Below are positions 10,721 through 22,340 of a DNA stretch of 64,000 bases, one piece after another (positions within the stretch are counted from its first letter, which is position 1; each line of letters starts with the position of its first letter). The DNA is from Eledone cirrhosa. Its lineage: Eukaryota. The notes beneath the pieces were generated by a model that was not told the DNA's origin, did no database searches, and saw nothing but the letters and a program-made list of their open reading frames with translations. The stretch is from the NCBI GenBank assembly GCA_964016885.1, contig OZ024753.1:16616001-16680000 (forward strand), read 5' to 3'. The translations under genes were made by a program, and so were the position numbers.

Positions 10721-12038
10721 GAGAGATGGGGAGAGACACAGAGGCAGTGGGAGCTTCATTGGGTTTGGACCTGGTCTATATGAGAGAGATGGGGAGAGAC
10801 AGAGAGGTAGTGGGAGTTTCATTGGGTTTGGACCTGGTCTATATGAGAGAGATGGGGAGAGACAGAGAGGCAGTGGGAGTTTCATTGGGTTTGGACATGG
10901 TCTATATGAGAGAGATGGGGGAGAGACAGAGAGGCAGTGGGAGTTTCATTGGGTTTGGACATGGTTTATATGAGAGAGATGGGGAGAGACAGTGAGGCAG
11001 TGGGAGTTTCATTGGGTTTGGACATGGTCTATATGAGAGAGATGGGGAGAGACTGAGAGGCAGTGGGAGTTTCATTGGGTTTGGACATGGTCTATATGAG
11101 AGAGATGGGGAGAGACACAGAGGCAGTGGGAGTTTCATTGGGTTTGGACCTGGTCTATATGAGAGAGATAGGGAGAGACTGAGAGGCAGTGGGAGTTTCA
11201 TTGGGTTTGGACATGGTCTATATGAGAGAGATGGGGAGAGACACAGAGGCAGTGGGAGCTTCATTGGGTTTGGACATGGTCTATATGAGAGAGATAGGGA
11301 GAGACACAGAGGCAGTGGGAGTTTCATTGGGTTTGGACCTGGTCTATATGAGAGAGATAGGGAGAGACACAGAGGCAGTGGGAGTTTCATTGGGTTTGGA
11401 CCTGGTCTATATGAGAGAGATGGGGAGAGACAGAGAGGCAGTGGGAGTTTCATTGGGTTTGGACCTGGTCTATATGAGAGAGATGGGGAGAGACAGAGAG
11501 GCAGTGGGAGTTTCATTGAGTTTGGACCTGGTCTATATGAGAGAGATGGGGAGAGACAGAGAGGCAGTGGGAGTTTCATTGGGTTTGGACATGGTCTATA
11601 TGAGAGAGATGGGGAGAGACACAGAGGCAGTGGGAGTTTCATTGGGTTTGGACATGGTCTATATGAGAGAGATGGGGAGAGACAGAGAGGCAGTGGGAGT
11701 TTCATTGGGTTTGGACCTGGTCTATATGAGAGAGATAGGGAGAGACAGAGGCAGTGGGAGTTTCATTGGGTTTGGACCTGGTCTATATGAGAGAGATGGG
11801 GAGAGACAGAGAGGCAGTGGGAATTACATTGGGTTTGGACCTGGTCTATATGAGAGAGATGGGGAGAGACAGAGAGCCAGTGGGAGTTTCATTGAGTTTG
11901 GACCTGGTCTATATGAGAGAGATAGGGAGAGACACAGAGGCAGTGGGAGTTTCATTGGGTTTGGACCTGGTCTATATGAGAGAGATAGGGAGAGACACAG
12001 AGGCAGTGGGAGTTTCATTGGGTTTGGACCTGGTCTAT
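10721..12038. repeat. 63-bp minisatellite, ~21 copies
   Basis: Unit gagagatggggagagacagagaggcagtgggagtttcattgggtttggacctggtctatatga; indels and an in-frame stop in some copies. Confidence 0.96.
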
Positions 12039-12049
12039 AAATATATTTA

Positions 12050-12435
12050 CCGTATTTCTCGGCGTCAAAGATGTTACTTTTTTCCTGAAATAAGTCTCAA
12101 AAATCTACCATAGAGCCTGTAGGCTGATGGTTGTTTATTATAGTGGATTGGCAGTATCGGTAGAGGGTCGGACACCATGCTTTGTAGCATAGAGTTATGG
12201 CTCTTTATAATCTGAGTTCAAATCCCGCTGAGGTTAACTTTAGCTTTCATCCTTATGGGGTCGTTAAAATAAAATACCAGTCTCGCACTTCGGTTGATTT
12301 AATCGACTTTCCCCCTCTTACCAAATTGCTGGCCTTGTGCCTATTTGAGAAACCATTATTTCTTTTCAAATCTTTGGTTGTCAAAATTAGGGTGCGTCCT
12401 CAAGGATGAAGTGTCTTTGGTGCCAGGCAATACGG
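12050..12435. mobile_element. Tc1/mariner (Tc2/pogo-like) MITE with a nested SINE family B (12145-12360)
   Basis: TA|CCGTATTTCTCGGC...GCCAGGCAATACGG|TA termini. Confidence 0.65.
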
Positions 12436-12680
12436 TAAATACCACACCACATTAATACTTCTAAATCACAAGTATATGAATAAAATAAAACTAAAAGAAA
12501 ATAAGATATTTGTAATTTTTCATACATCGATGTTAAAGCTGCACCTTTCTCCCACAAACATACAATGAGAAAAACCAACATGTGACTTATCTACAAAACC
12601 TCAATTCAAAATAGAAAGTGCATTGTAAATAGTTTATATAAAATGAGTTGTGATTCATAGATGATATACAGTGTGTGTTT

Positions 12681-12932
12681 ATATATTGGAAAATGTGTGA
12701 AATCCTTGGTGCAGTTGGATATATTTGAAAAAAGGAAAAGAATGACTTCACTTGTTGGTATTCTAAACAATTTAGTTTTATAATTTTACAATTTTGCTAT
12801 GTAGATCAATATAGCAAAATTGTAAAGTTATAAAACTAAATTGTTTAGAATACCAACAAGTGAAGTCATTCTTTTCCTTTTTTCAAATATATCCAACTGT
12901 ACCAAGGATTTCACACATTTTCCAATATATAT
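12681..12932. repeat. Near-perfect palindrome (~120-bp arms) flanked by TA repeats
   Basis: atatattggaaaatgtgtgaaatccttgg...ccaaggatttcacacattttccaatatat, with a loop near 12800-12810. Confidence 0.92.
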
Positions 12933-12936
12933 TTTA

Positions 12937-12983
<47 letters not shown>

Positions 12984-13023
12984 GATATTAAATGAATGGA
13001 AGCTATATTTATAAAACCATATT

Positions 13024-13088
13024 TATTTTACTATATACATTTCAAAGGCAACCAAGACAACATTGGTACGCTTTCATCAGATAAAATA
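13024..13088 (-). ncRNA. Type I hammerhead ribozyme (minimal, Penelope-type)
   Basis: Minus strand: TATTTTAT-CTGATGA-[imperfect stem II AAGCGTACCAA...TTGGTTGCCTTT]-GAAA-T-GTAT-ATA^-GTAAAATA; 8-bp stem I. Confidence 0.75.
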
Positions 13089-13156
13089 CAAAGTTTGTTT
13101 TATAAATCGAGACGTACCCATGGAAATCATACCTTATCGGTTGGAAATTCACTGGG

Positions 13157-13190
<34 letters not shown>

Positions 13191-13192
<2 letters not shown>

Positions 13193-13294
13193 ACCCCGAC
13201 GGCAGAGCTCAAGCCGTTTCAACGGGTATTTCTGGACTAACAGTCTAGTCCAGAAATAGCCGTCGAAACGGCTTGAGCTCTGCCGTCGGGGTCA
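13191..13294. repeat. Fold-back of two hammerhead 3' halves (stem II arm-GAAA-stem III-GTC)
   Basis: Right arm tagtccagaaatagccgtc-GAAACGGCTTGAGCTCTGCCGTC-ggggtc is mirrored on the left; the same family appears at 17910-18045, 13690-13855 and 32005-32090. Confidence 0.7.
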
Positions 13295-13326
13295 TACTTT
13301 TTCCTATATATATATCTATATATATA

Positions 13327-13668
13327 TCATCATTATCATCATTTCATTTTACGTCTGCTTTTCCCTGCTTGCAAGGGTGGGACAGGAACTGATTCTGGCT
13401 TGATTTCTACAGCTGGATGCCCTTCCTAACACCAACCTCGTTTACAGTGTGGGCTGGGTGCTTTTTTGCCGTGGCACCTCCACGACCACTTTACAGTGGA
13501 ATGATAGGGTCCCCAGTCCTATCATCTCATTTCTACAGCTGAGTAAACTGGAGCAATGTGAAATAAAGTGTCTTGCGCAAGAAAACAACACATCACCCGG
13601 TCTGAGAATTGAACTCACAACCTTTCGATTGCAAGGCCAATGCTCTAACCACTAAGCCATGTGCCTCC
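13327..13668 (-). mobile_element. SINE family A
   Basis: Near-identical to 646-1001 and 25351-25696. Confidence 0.92.
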
Positions 13669-14140
13669 ATATATATATATATATATATGAAAAGATTCAG
13701 GACTTCGACGGCTGAGCTCCAGCTGTTGAAAAAGCTGGAGCTCAGCCGTGGTCGTCCTGATTCTTTTCACATTTCCCACTCTACTACCCCAAGTATTGAG
13801 TACTCTGGTGCGTTATGGTCCAACTGGTATCTTACCACTCCCTCTTTGTTTTATATATAGAAACATGCGTCTTCATGTATGGTTTGCTAGTTTGTTATTG
13901 AACTAACTCTCTCTATCTCCTATTTAGTTCATTTAGTTTGGATGTTTATATCAGGTATGTCATCTTAGACCTGCCAAGGATTTACAACATGTCCACAGAT
14001 TGTGCAAGAGTAATGCTTATTGGATAATTTTGCTGCTATGTTTGATAATACTTTTCTCCTCCCTCTTGCTTCTCTCCCTCTCTCTCTCTCTCACACACGC
14101 ACACACACACACACACACATTTATATATATATATTTATAT

Positions 14141-14246
14141 GCTCCGAAGATCTGACTGGTTATAATTCTGTATTGGCGATCGAGTGACGCAAAATTAGGC
14201 GGATAGCGATCTCTAGACATACCAGCTCAGTGAAACAAATGTAAGC
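14141..14246 (+). ncRNA. Hammerhead-like motif with long stem II loop (U4C core change)
   Basis: GCT-CCGAAGA-t-CTGACTGGTTAT...ATACCAGCTCAG-t-GAAAC-AAAT-GTA^-AGC, within a TA-flanked element. Confidence 0.55.
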
Positions 14247-14321
14247 TATGTGATTAAAAACTTTTTTGTATAGCAAACCATGTAAACCTTCTTTCCTGAT
14301 TTATATATATATATATTTATA

Positions 14322-14606
14322 TTTATTTCACATTGCTCCAGTTTACTCAGCTGTAGAAATGAGATGATAGGGACTGGGGTCCCTATCATTCCACTGCAAA
14401 GTGGTCGTGGAGGTGCCACAGCAAAAAAGCACCCAGCACTCACTGTAAAGTGGTTGTGGAGGTGCCACGGCAAAAAAGCACCCAGCACTCACTGTAAATG
14501 AGGTTGGTGTTAGGAAGGGCATCCAGCTGTAGAAATCAAGCCAGAATCAGTTCCCGTCCCACCCTTGCAAGCAGGGAAAAGCGGATGTAAAATGAAATGA
14601 TGATGA
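14322..14606 (+). mobile_element. SINE family A, 5'-truncated, with an internal ~45-bp duplication
   Basis: The segment gtggaggtgccac...cactgtaaa occurs twice; family tail present. Confidence 0.9.
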
Positions 14607-14899
14607 TTCCTATCAAAGTTATCATCCCATGGGCCAATAAATTCTGAAAAGCTATTTTTTATCTCTCCAGTTGTAATTTGGAACTGTATAATATTGTTAG
14701 TATAGCTGTGAAGGTGTTTGAAAATATGGTTGGTGTTAGGGAGGTCATCCAGTTGTATGGGTGACACAACAGAAAGTATCCAGTCCACACTGTAAAGTGG
14801 TCAGCTTATTGTCAGGACAAAAAGCACCCAGTCAACACTGTAAATGTAGATGGCATTATGAAGGTTATTCAGCCATAGAAACCAAGCCAGAAGCAGTTC

Positions 14900-15600
14900 C
14901 TCTCCCTCCGCCACCCCCTCTCTACATGTTCCTTGTCCCCCACACCCTCTCTACCCGTTCGTCCCACCACCCCCTGTATCCGTCCCCCCTCTCAGTACCC
15001 CCCCCCCCCCACCCTCTCTACCCGTTCCTCCCTCCACCCCCTCTATGTACCCCTTCCCCCCACCCCTCTCTACCCGTTCTTCCCTTCGCCCCCTCTACCT
15101 CCCTCTATGTACCCCCCCTATTTACCGTTCCCCCTACACCCCATCTATCCCCCCTCTATGCACCCCTTCCTCCCCCACCCCATCTCCACCCCCTCCACCC
15201 TCATTTCTCTGACAAAAAGTTAAAAGGTTAAAACTGAGAAAGAATTATTGTAGCCCACAATACAAACAATATTCTTATCTCCCCCTCCTCTTATATCTCC
15301 CCTCCTCCTCTTATATCTCCCCTCCTCCTCTTATATCTCCCCTCCTCCTCTTATATCTGCTCCCCTCCTCATATCTCCTCCTCCCCATCCTCTCTTACAT
15401 CTCCCCCCACCTCTTATATATCCCCTCCTCATCCTCTCCTATATCCCCCCCTTCTATATCATCTCCTCCTCCCCCTCTCTTATATCATCCTCTCCCCCTC
15501 TCATATCCCCTCCCCTTCCCCACCCTCTCTTATATCTCCCCCCCCTCTCCTATATCATCTCTCTCTCTCTCATATCATCTCCCTCCCTCCTCTCCCCTCA
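14900..15600. repeat. C-rich low-complexity tracts, including (cctcctcttatatctcc)n
   Basis: Directly visible. Confidence 0.85.
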
Positions 15601-15794
15601 TATATATATATTCAAACAATCCCACCAGTTTTTCCCCTAGTATATGACTGGTATTTTATTTAGTCAACCCCTGAAAGTATGAAAGACAAAGTTAAGCTTG
15701 GCAGGGTTTGTGGCTGAGAGAGCTGGAAATGCCACAACCTCTCTAACTGGTGCTCTGCCGATTATCCTGCTTTGCTGTATATTCCCTGTCCATG

Positions 15795-15942
15795 TGTATT
15801 TGTGTGTGTGCCTCTGCAACTATGTGTGTGTGTGTGTCTCTCTTTGTGTGTGTGTGTGTGTGTGTCTGTGTGCTTCTGTGTGTGTGTGTGTGTGTGCTTT
15901 ATGTGTGTGCATGCTTCTCTGTCTATACCTTTATGTGTGTGT

Positions 15943-15979
<37 letters not shown>

Positions 15980-16512
15980 TCTCTATATGTGTGTGTGCTT
16001 CTCTATGTGTGTGCTTCTCTGTGTGTGTGCCTGTGTGCTTCTCTCTGTGTGGGTGTGTGCTTCTGTGTGTGTGTGTCTGTGCTTCTCTATGTGTGTGTGT
16101 GTGCTTCTCTGTGTCTATACCTTTATGTGTGTGTGTGTGTGTGTGCTTTATGTGTGTCTGTGTGCTTCTCTATGTGTGTGTGTGCTTCTCTGTGTGTATG
16201 TGTGTGTGCTCTGTGTCTATACCCTTATGTGTGTGTCTGTGTGCTTCTCTATGTGTATGTCTGTGTGCTTCTCTGTGTGCCTGTGTGGTTCTCTATGTGT
16301 GTGTCTGTGTGTGCCTCTGTGTGTGTGTGTATCTCTGTGTGTACTTCTGTGTGTGTGTGTATCTTGTGTACCTCTGTCTGTGTGCATGTGTGTGTGTATC
16401 TCTGCGTGTGTGTTTGCTTCTCTATGTGCATGTGCCTCTGTGTGTGTATATGTATCTGTGTACGTACCTCTGTGCGTGTGCATGCATCTGTGTATATGTG
16501 TATGTTTGTTTG
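15795..16512. repeat. (TG)n-derived compound microsatellite with 'gcttctct' interruptions
   Basis: Directly visible; the VC-rich ORFs are artefacts. Confidence 0.95.
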
Positions 16513-18044
16513 TGGCCAGCAGGAGTAACACTGTTGTCAGCAGTGCAGTGACTCTGCTGCACAGTTGCAATATGTTCTGGTATCATGCATATCATCTGTT
16601 GCAGAATATCACTGTTATTGCAATGACACCAAAATGATGCAGCCTGAATGCAGCGTGAATGCAGCCTGAATGCAGTGTGAAGTCTTCCACAATGAGGGGG
16701 GGGGGGGAGAAAGTCAACACAAGATTGTAAACAATGGAAAGCTGGTCCTGAAATGTCTGCCTCATGTCAATGACTGCTGGGTGCAAGTGAATTTAAAGGA
16801 AATGACATATTTTCTCAAGTAATATTGCTATAATGACACAATTCTTTGACATAACGACAGTCTGGCTTGAGAAAAACAAATAAAAGAAAGGCCTTGATTG
16901 TTAAGTTGACAGGGGCTTGGGGAGAGGACATGAAACAGGCATGGATTACAAAACTGGGTACACCTTTTATGGCCAACACTCCATCTCAACCTCCTTTACT
17001 TCGCAATCAACATGTAACCTGCCCAAACTCCCTGTTACTGCCTCTCAAACATGGCTGGGGACCTAATTACCCTAAGATCAAAAATGGTAGCCCTGGTGCC
17101 ACTGTAGTTTGTCTACTGTCATATGGTAGTCCTACTACCACTGTACTCTGTCATATGGTAGTCGTGGTACCACTGTACTCTGGTACTAAGGTTAACACTT
17201 TACAGTGAACACTGTACTCTGTTTACTGTAAAGTTATTCCTGGTACCACAATAATGTACTCTGTCCACTGTAAAGTGGTAGTACTGGTACCACAATGTAC
17301 TCTGTCCACTGTAATATGTTAATGCTGGTGCATCTGTAAATGCACCCAGTCCACTCTGTAAAGAGGTACTGCTGGTGCCTACATCCACACATACATTTAT
17401 ATATATTTATGTTGAACAATGAAAACAAAAGATGACAAGGTTTAGTGCGTAGTTCATTGAGTAATGATCTCTCAAAATGTTGAATGAACCATGGTTAATA
17501 TCAATATATTGACTAATCAATAGCAGTTATGTAATTTCATATTATCAGCCTTGATAAAATAGATCCATCTCACCATATTATTATATACACACACAAACAA
17601 TTTCTATATATAGATGCATGTGTGTGTGTATATATATATATAGATTCATGTGTGTGTGTGTATGTATATATATATAGATGTGTGTGTATGTGTATATATA
17701 TATAGATGTGTGTGTATGTGTATATATATATATATATTATATATAATATATATATATATATATATATTGGTAAACGGAATAGAAAATGCTGACAAATTGT
17801 TCACAGTGAAAAATAGTTTAATTAGGAATAAGTGAGAATTAGTAATTGTATTGGTTAGTATTCAGTTTTGGTTTTAAGTTTATATATATATATATATATA
17901 ATATATATATCCAGAATTAGCCGTCGAAACGGCTTGAGCTCAGCCGTCAGGGTCCTACTCATTCCTATTACCCACTCTACTACCCTAAGTATTGAGTACT
18001 TTGGTGCGTTATCGTCCACCTGGTTCCTTACCACATTTCCTCCG

Positions 18045-18086
<42 letters not shown>

Positions 18087-18283
18087 ATATGTATGTATGT
18101 ATATATTCAAAATAGATAGGGAGTGCACAGGACAAAGACAACGAAAAAAAAAGAATAGAAAGACACAGTCCCATCTCTTCAGTCAATCTCTTGCAATCAT
18201 TATGGTTTTGGTGCATTAAGGTCGATACTATTCATTCCTGTGCAAATTGGGTCACAACAAAATGCACATACAGACATATATAT

Positions 18284-18392
18284 GTAACAAAATTTAATAT
18301 AGAAATGGCTTCTACAGGATTAGAGCTGTTTCATTTGAAGGAAACAGTTCTAGACCTGTAGAAGCCATTTCTATATTAGATGTTGTTATATA
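18284..18392. repeat. TA-flanked palindrome pivoting on a hammerhead-like GAAAC motif
   Basis: taatatagaaatggcttctacagg...gtttc|atttgaag|gaaacagttctagacctgtagaagccatttctatatta; a related copy at 37436-37535 retains CTGATGA. Confidence 0.75.
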
Positions 18393-18704
18393 CACTTTAC
18401 TAATGTATTATTGAGTACCTTACTTACTGTTGTTATCTCCGATTGAACCCGAGACACACACACACGTGTGTGTGTGTGTCTGAGTGGTAAGAGATTTGGA
18501 TTCACAATCGTTAGGTTGTGAGTTCGATTCTAGGTGATTTTTTTATGACCTTGAGCAAGAGACTTTATTTCACGTTGCTCCTTCTACCTGGAGTTGCGAC
18601 CAATAGAGAGTATTAGCAATTCCACTGTGTATATATTTGGCAATCGTGTACTCTGCTATATAACTCTCCTCAAACAAACAGTTATATTTTTACTCTTGCT
18701 ATCA

Positions 18705-19850
18705 TTATCATCATCATCATCATCATCATCATCATTTAACGTCCATTTTCCATGCTAACATGGGTTAGATGGGTTGCCTCGTTGTGATACAAGCCAGGTC
18801 TGATGACCATGACTTGCTCATACAAAATTGGTTTTGGCTTGGTTTCTACAGCTGGATGTCCTTCCTATCACCAACCACATTTACAGTGTGGACTTGGTGC
18901 TTTTTCTCATGACACCTACATGACCACTTTACAGTCTGTGCTGGGTGCTTTTTGTTGTAACACCTACCCGACTACTTTACACTGTGGACTGGGGACATAT
19001 TTTCTTGACACCTACACAACCACATTGCAGTGTGGGCTGGGCGTATTTTTGTTGTGACACAACCACTTTAAAGTGTGGGCTGGGTACTTTTTGTCATGAC
19101 ACCGACACAACCACTTTAAAGTGTGGGCTGGGTACTTTTTGTCATGACACCAACACAACCACTTTACAGTGTGGGCTGGGTACTTTTTGTCATGACACCT
19201 ACACAACCACTTTACAGTGTGGGATGGGTACTTTCTGTCATGACACCCACACAACTACTTTACAGTGTGGGATGGGTACTTTTTGTCATGACACCCACAC
19301 AACCACTTTACAGTGTGGGCTGGGTACTTTTTGTCATGACACCCACACAACCACTTTACAGTGTGGGCTAGGCGTTGTGTCACCATCACAACTACTTTAC
19401 TGTGTGGGATTGGGGACTTGGGTGGGGATTGGGGATGTTGGCAGGGGAGGGTTGTTAGGGCATGGGGTGTGTATGGATGGGGTAGGAGAAAAGTAGTAGG
19501 TACAAGATATAGGCTTCAACCTGAGCTCATGGGAAGGTGGGTCTTCTGTATTACTTCATAATGCCAGAGATCTCGATGCTATGTCATCACCTTCGAGAGG
19601 TGCAGTTGGGCAAGGTCAGCTTCACGTCATCCCAAGTCTTCCTAGGTATTCCTACACTGTAGCTTCCATCAACCTTGAGACCCCTGCACCTTTTTATACA
19701 GCTGTCAACCTTCATACACATCAGATGTCCATACCAGCACATTCCCCTCTCCTGCACACATCTGACACCTCTTATGTTCTCAGTTCATTTATGCTTTGCC
19801 ATTCATGTACTATTACACATCCACCAAAGCATGGAAGCTTCATTTCTTTC
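18705..19850 (-). mobile_element. RTE-derived composite retroposon with an internal ~45-bp minisatellite (18870-19400)
   Basis: Degraded RTE ORF2 C-terminus at ~19530-19850; SINE-like body expanded as (accactttacagtgtgggctgggtactttttgtcatgacacccacaca)n; (ATG)n tail. Confidence 0.8.
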
Positions 19851-19910
19851 GATATATATAAAATAAGTAAGTGAAACATGTAAAATTTGGCTTCGTTTAT
19901 TATAAATTCT

Positions 19911-19963
19911 CTGCTATATATATTTCGGTGACAGCTATTATTGACTGTGACCTCTTCAGGCAG
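19911..19963 (-). ncRNA. Type I hammerhead ribozyme, canonical core
   Basis: Minus strand: CTGC-CTGAAGA-GGTCACAGT(caataata)GCTGTCACC-GAAA-T-ATAT-ATA^-GCAG; all three stems form and the stem III loop is palindromic. Confidence 0.85.
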
Positions 19964-20715
19964 TCCGAATTAGTGTGGAAAAGACAGGTACAGATGTTGT
20001 TGAAGTGTGTTCCACTCTGTCAATATATCGATATGTCCAGCTCCTGGGTGTGTTGTTAGTCCTCGAAGAAGTGGAGTAAACAAACCAACCAGCATACTTC
20101 GTCGAGTGCTCCAATCTGCATACTGAGGTGTCGGTAAACAACCAACATATACTCAAAATATCATCTTCACCGTTTTACGTCCGTTCTTCCACACTAGCAT
20201 GGGTTAGACGGGTTGTCCTGTTGTGGGCAGTGTCTGGTCGGCTGACCTTGTCTTACTCATATGGGAACTGATTCTGGCTTAATTTCTACACAGCTGGATG
20301 CCCTTCCTAACACCAACCTCATTTACAGTGAGTGATGGGTGCTTTTTTTCCATGGCACCTCCACGTCCACTTTACAGTGTGGGCTGGGTGCTTTTTTTCC
20401 ATGGCACCTCCACGACCACTATGCAGTGGGTGGGGGTGGGGGCATATTGTCTATATGCTTCAGCTTCGGCTTGTACCCGTGGGGGGTCGGGTCTTCTGTA
20501 TTACTGTCTGACACCAGAAATATATATATATATATATATATATTTAAGTTTGGTGGTTCACCACTGGATAGAACTGAACTGGTCATTCCATATAGTCCAT
20601 GATGTAATATTAGGAAAAGCACTTGAAGTTATGCAACTCATCCATCTTCTCTGTATTTTTAGCCTCTTGAATTGTGTTTACCATCATTCCTTTATTATAT
20701 AACTATTATGCAATA

Positions 20716-20764
20716 AGCACCTGATGATGTCTCGTTACAGATGGGAAACTACACATCGAGTGCT
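20716..20764 (+). ncRNA. Degenerate hammerhead motif near the end of a TA-flanked element
   Basis: AGCAC-CTGATGA-TGTCT(cgttac)AGATG-g-GAAAC...ATC-ga-GTGCT; spacing is imperfect. The downstream end is shared with 25278-25325. Confidence 0.45.
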
Positions 20765-20799
20765 CACCTGGGTGAACTACAGTAACAGCACGTTATACT

Positions 20800-20836
<37 letters not shown>

Positions 20837-21068
20837 GAAACACACAGATACATGCGGACACTCACATATATACATGAATGCATCCGCACCCAACTGTGAG
20901 TTAAGGGTGCCAACTTCACCGATGTTGCTCAATGAATGACTGGGACAGACACAATTCAGTTTGAACCAGACTGAACCAGTATCAGAGTTAAAAATACATT
21001 ATGAAGAGAGAAGAAACATTTAGATATAATTAGTAATAAAATGTATCATACCTAAACTGTTCCTAAAT

Positions 21069-21156
21069 TCCTCGACTACGTAGTTTCGTGGCATAAACAA
21101 AAACAATATATCAAAGATATAGAGTCCTTGCGAGGTCTGCCGACTTATCAAGAGGA
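21069..21156 (-). ncRNA. Type I hammerhead ribozyme, U3-A8 variant (unit 1)
   Basis: TCCTC-TTGATAA-GT(C)GGCA...TGCCAC-GAAAC-TACGTA-GTC^-GAGGA; palindromic stem III ACTACGTAGT. Confidence 0.82.
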
Positions 21157-21660
21157 TACCTCATTTGACTAGTCTCAAGAACGCGTCTACACGACGTGAG
21201 AAAGAATCCCAAAAGGCGGAGGGGGAGATAGTCACGCGATATAACGGTCGAGAAACAGAGCTAAGCCTCTTATAACCACGAAGAAAATACCACGGAGGCG
21301 GAGGGGGTATTCATATCGAGGCCGTAGAAGAGGTAGTGAAGAAGGCGAGAAGTATGAGTAATGGAAGCTTTCCAGTTGTCCCCACACTTCAAAGATTGCT
21401 CGACCAGAGGGAGTTATTAATATATTTAGAAACACACAGATACATGCGGACACTCACATATATACATGAATGCATCCGCACCCAACTGTGAGTTAAGGGT
21501 GCCAACTTCACCGATGTTGCTCAATGAATGACTGGGACAGACACAATTCAGTTTGAACCAGACTGAACCAGTATCAGAGTTAAAAATACATTATGAAGAG
21601 AGAAGAAACATTTAGATATAATTAGTAATAAAATGTATCATACCTAAACTGTTCCTAAAT

Positions 21661-21748
21661 TCCTCGACTACGTAGTTTCGTGGCATAAACAAAAACAATA
21701 TATCAAAGATATAGAGTCCTTGCGAGGTCTGCCGACTTATCAAGAGGA
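21661..21748 (-). ncRNA. Type I hammerhead ribozyme, U3-A8 variant (unit 2)
   Basis: Same as unit 1, offset +592. Confidence 0.82.
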
Positions 21749-22252
21749 TACCTCATTTGACTAGTCTCAAGAACGCGTCTACACGACGTGAGAAAGAATC
21801 CCAAAAGGCGGAGGGGGAGATAGTCACGCGATATAACGGTCGAGAAACAGAGCTAAGCCTCTTATAACCACGAAGAAAATACCACGGAGGCGGAGGGGGT
21901 ATTCATATCGAGGCCGTAGAAGAGGTAGTGAAGAAGGCGAGAAGTATGAGTAATGGAAGCTTTCCAGTTGTCCCCACACTTCAAAGATTGCTCGACCAGA
22001 GGGAGTTATTAATATATTTAGAAACACACAGATACATGCGGACACTCACATATATACATGAATGCATCCGCACCCAACTGTGAGTTAAGGGTGCCAACTT
22101 CACCGATGTTGCTCAATGAATGACTGGGACAGACACAATTCAGTTTGAACCAGACTGAACCAGTATCAGAGTTAAAAATACATTATGAAGAGAGAAGAAA
22201 CATTTAGATATAATTAGTAATAAAATGTATCATACCTAAACTGTTCCTAAAT

Positions 22253-22340
22253 TCCTCGACTACGTAGTTTCGTGGCATAAACAAAAACAATATATCAAAG
22301 ATATAGAGTCCTTGCGAGGTCTGCCGACTTATCAAGAGGA
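22253..22340 (-). ncRNA. Type I hammerhead ribozyme, U3-A8 variant (unit 3)
   Basis: Same as unit 1, offset +1184. Confidence 0.82.

Noticed and set aside
10695-12113. GSGSFIGFGPGL repeats as a neuropeptide precursor
   Set aside because: No consistent dibasic cleavage or amidation sites and no signal peptide; frameshifts and a stop occur within the array.
12526-12590. Possible small exon (ttttgtag...GAT|GTATGA)
   Set aside because: Splice signals are mediocre, the frame is ambiguous and there is no homology.
21232-21453. 73-aa ORF repeated in each 592-bp unit
   Set aside because: GTG start and no recognisable motif; the repetition only reflects the DNA repeat. Translation from a circle cannot be excluded but is unsupported.
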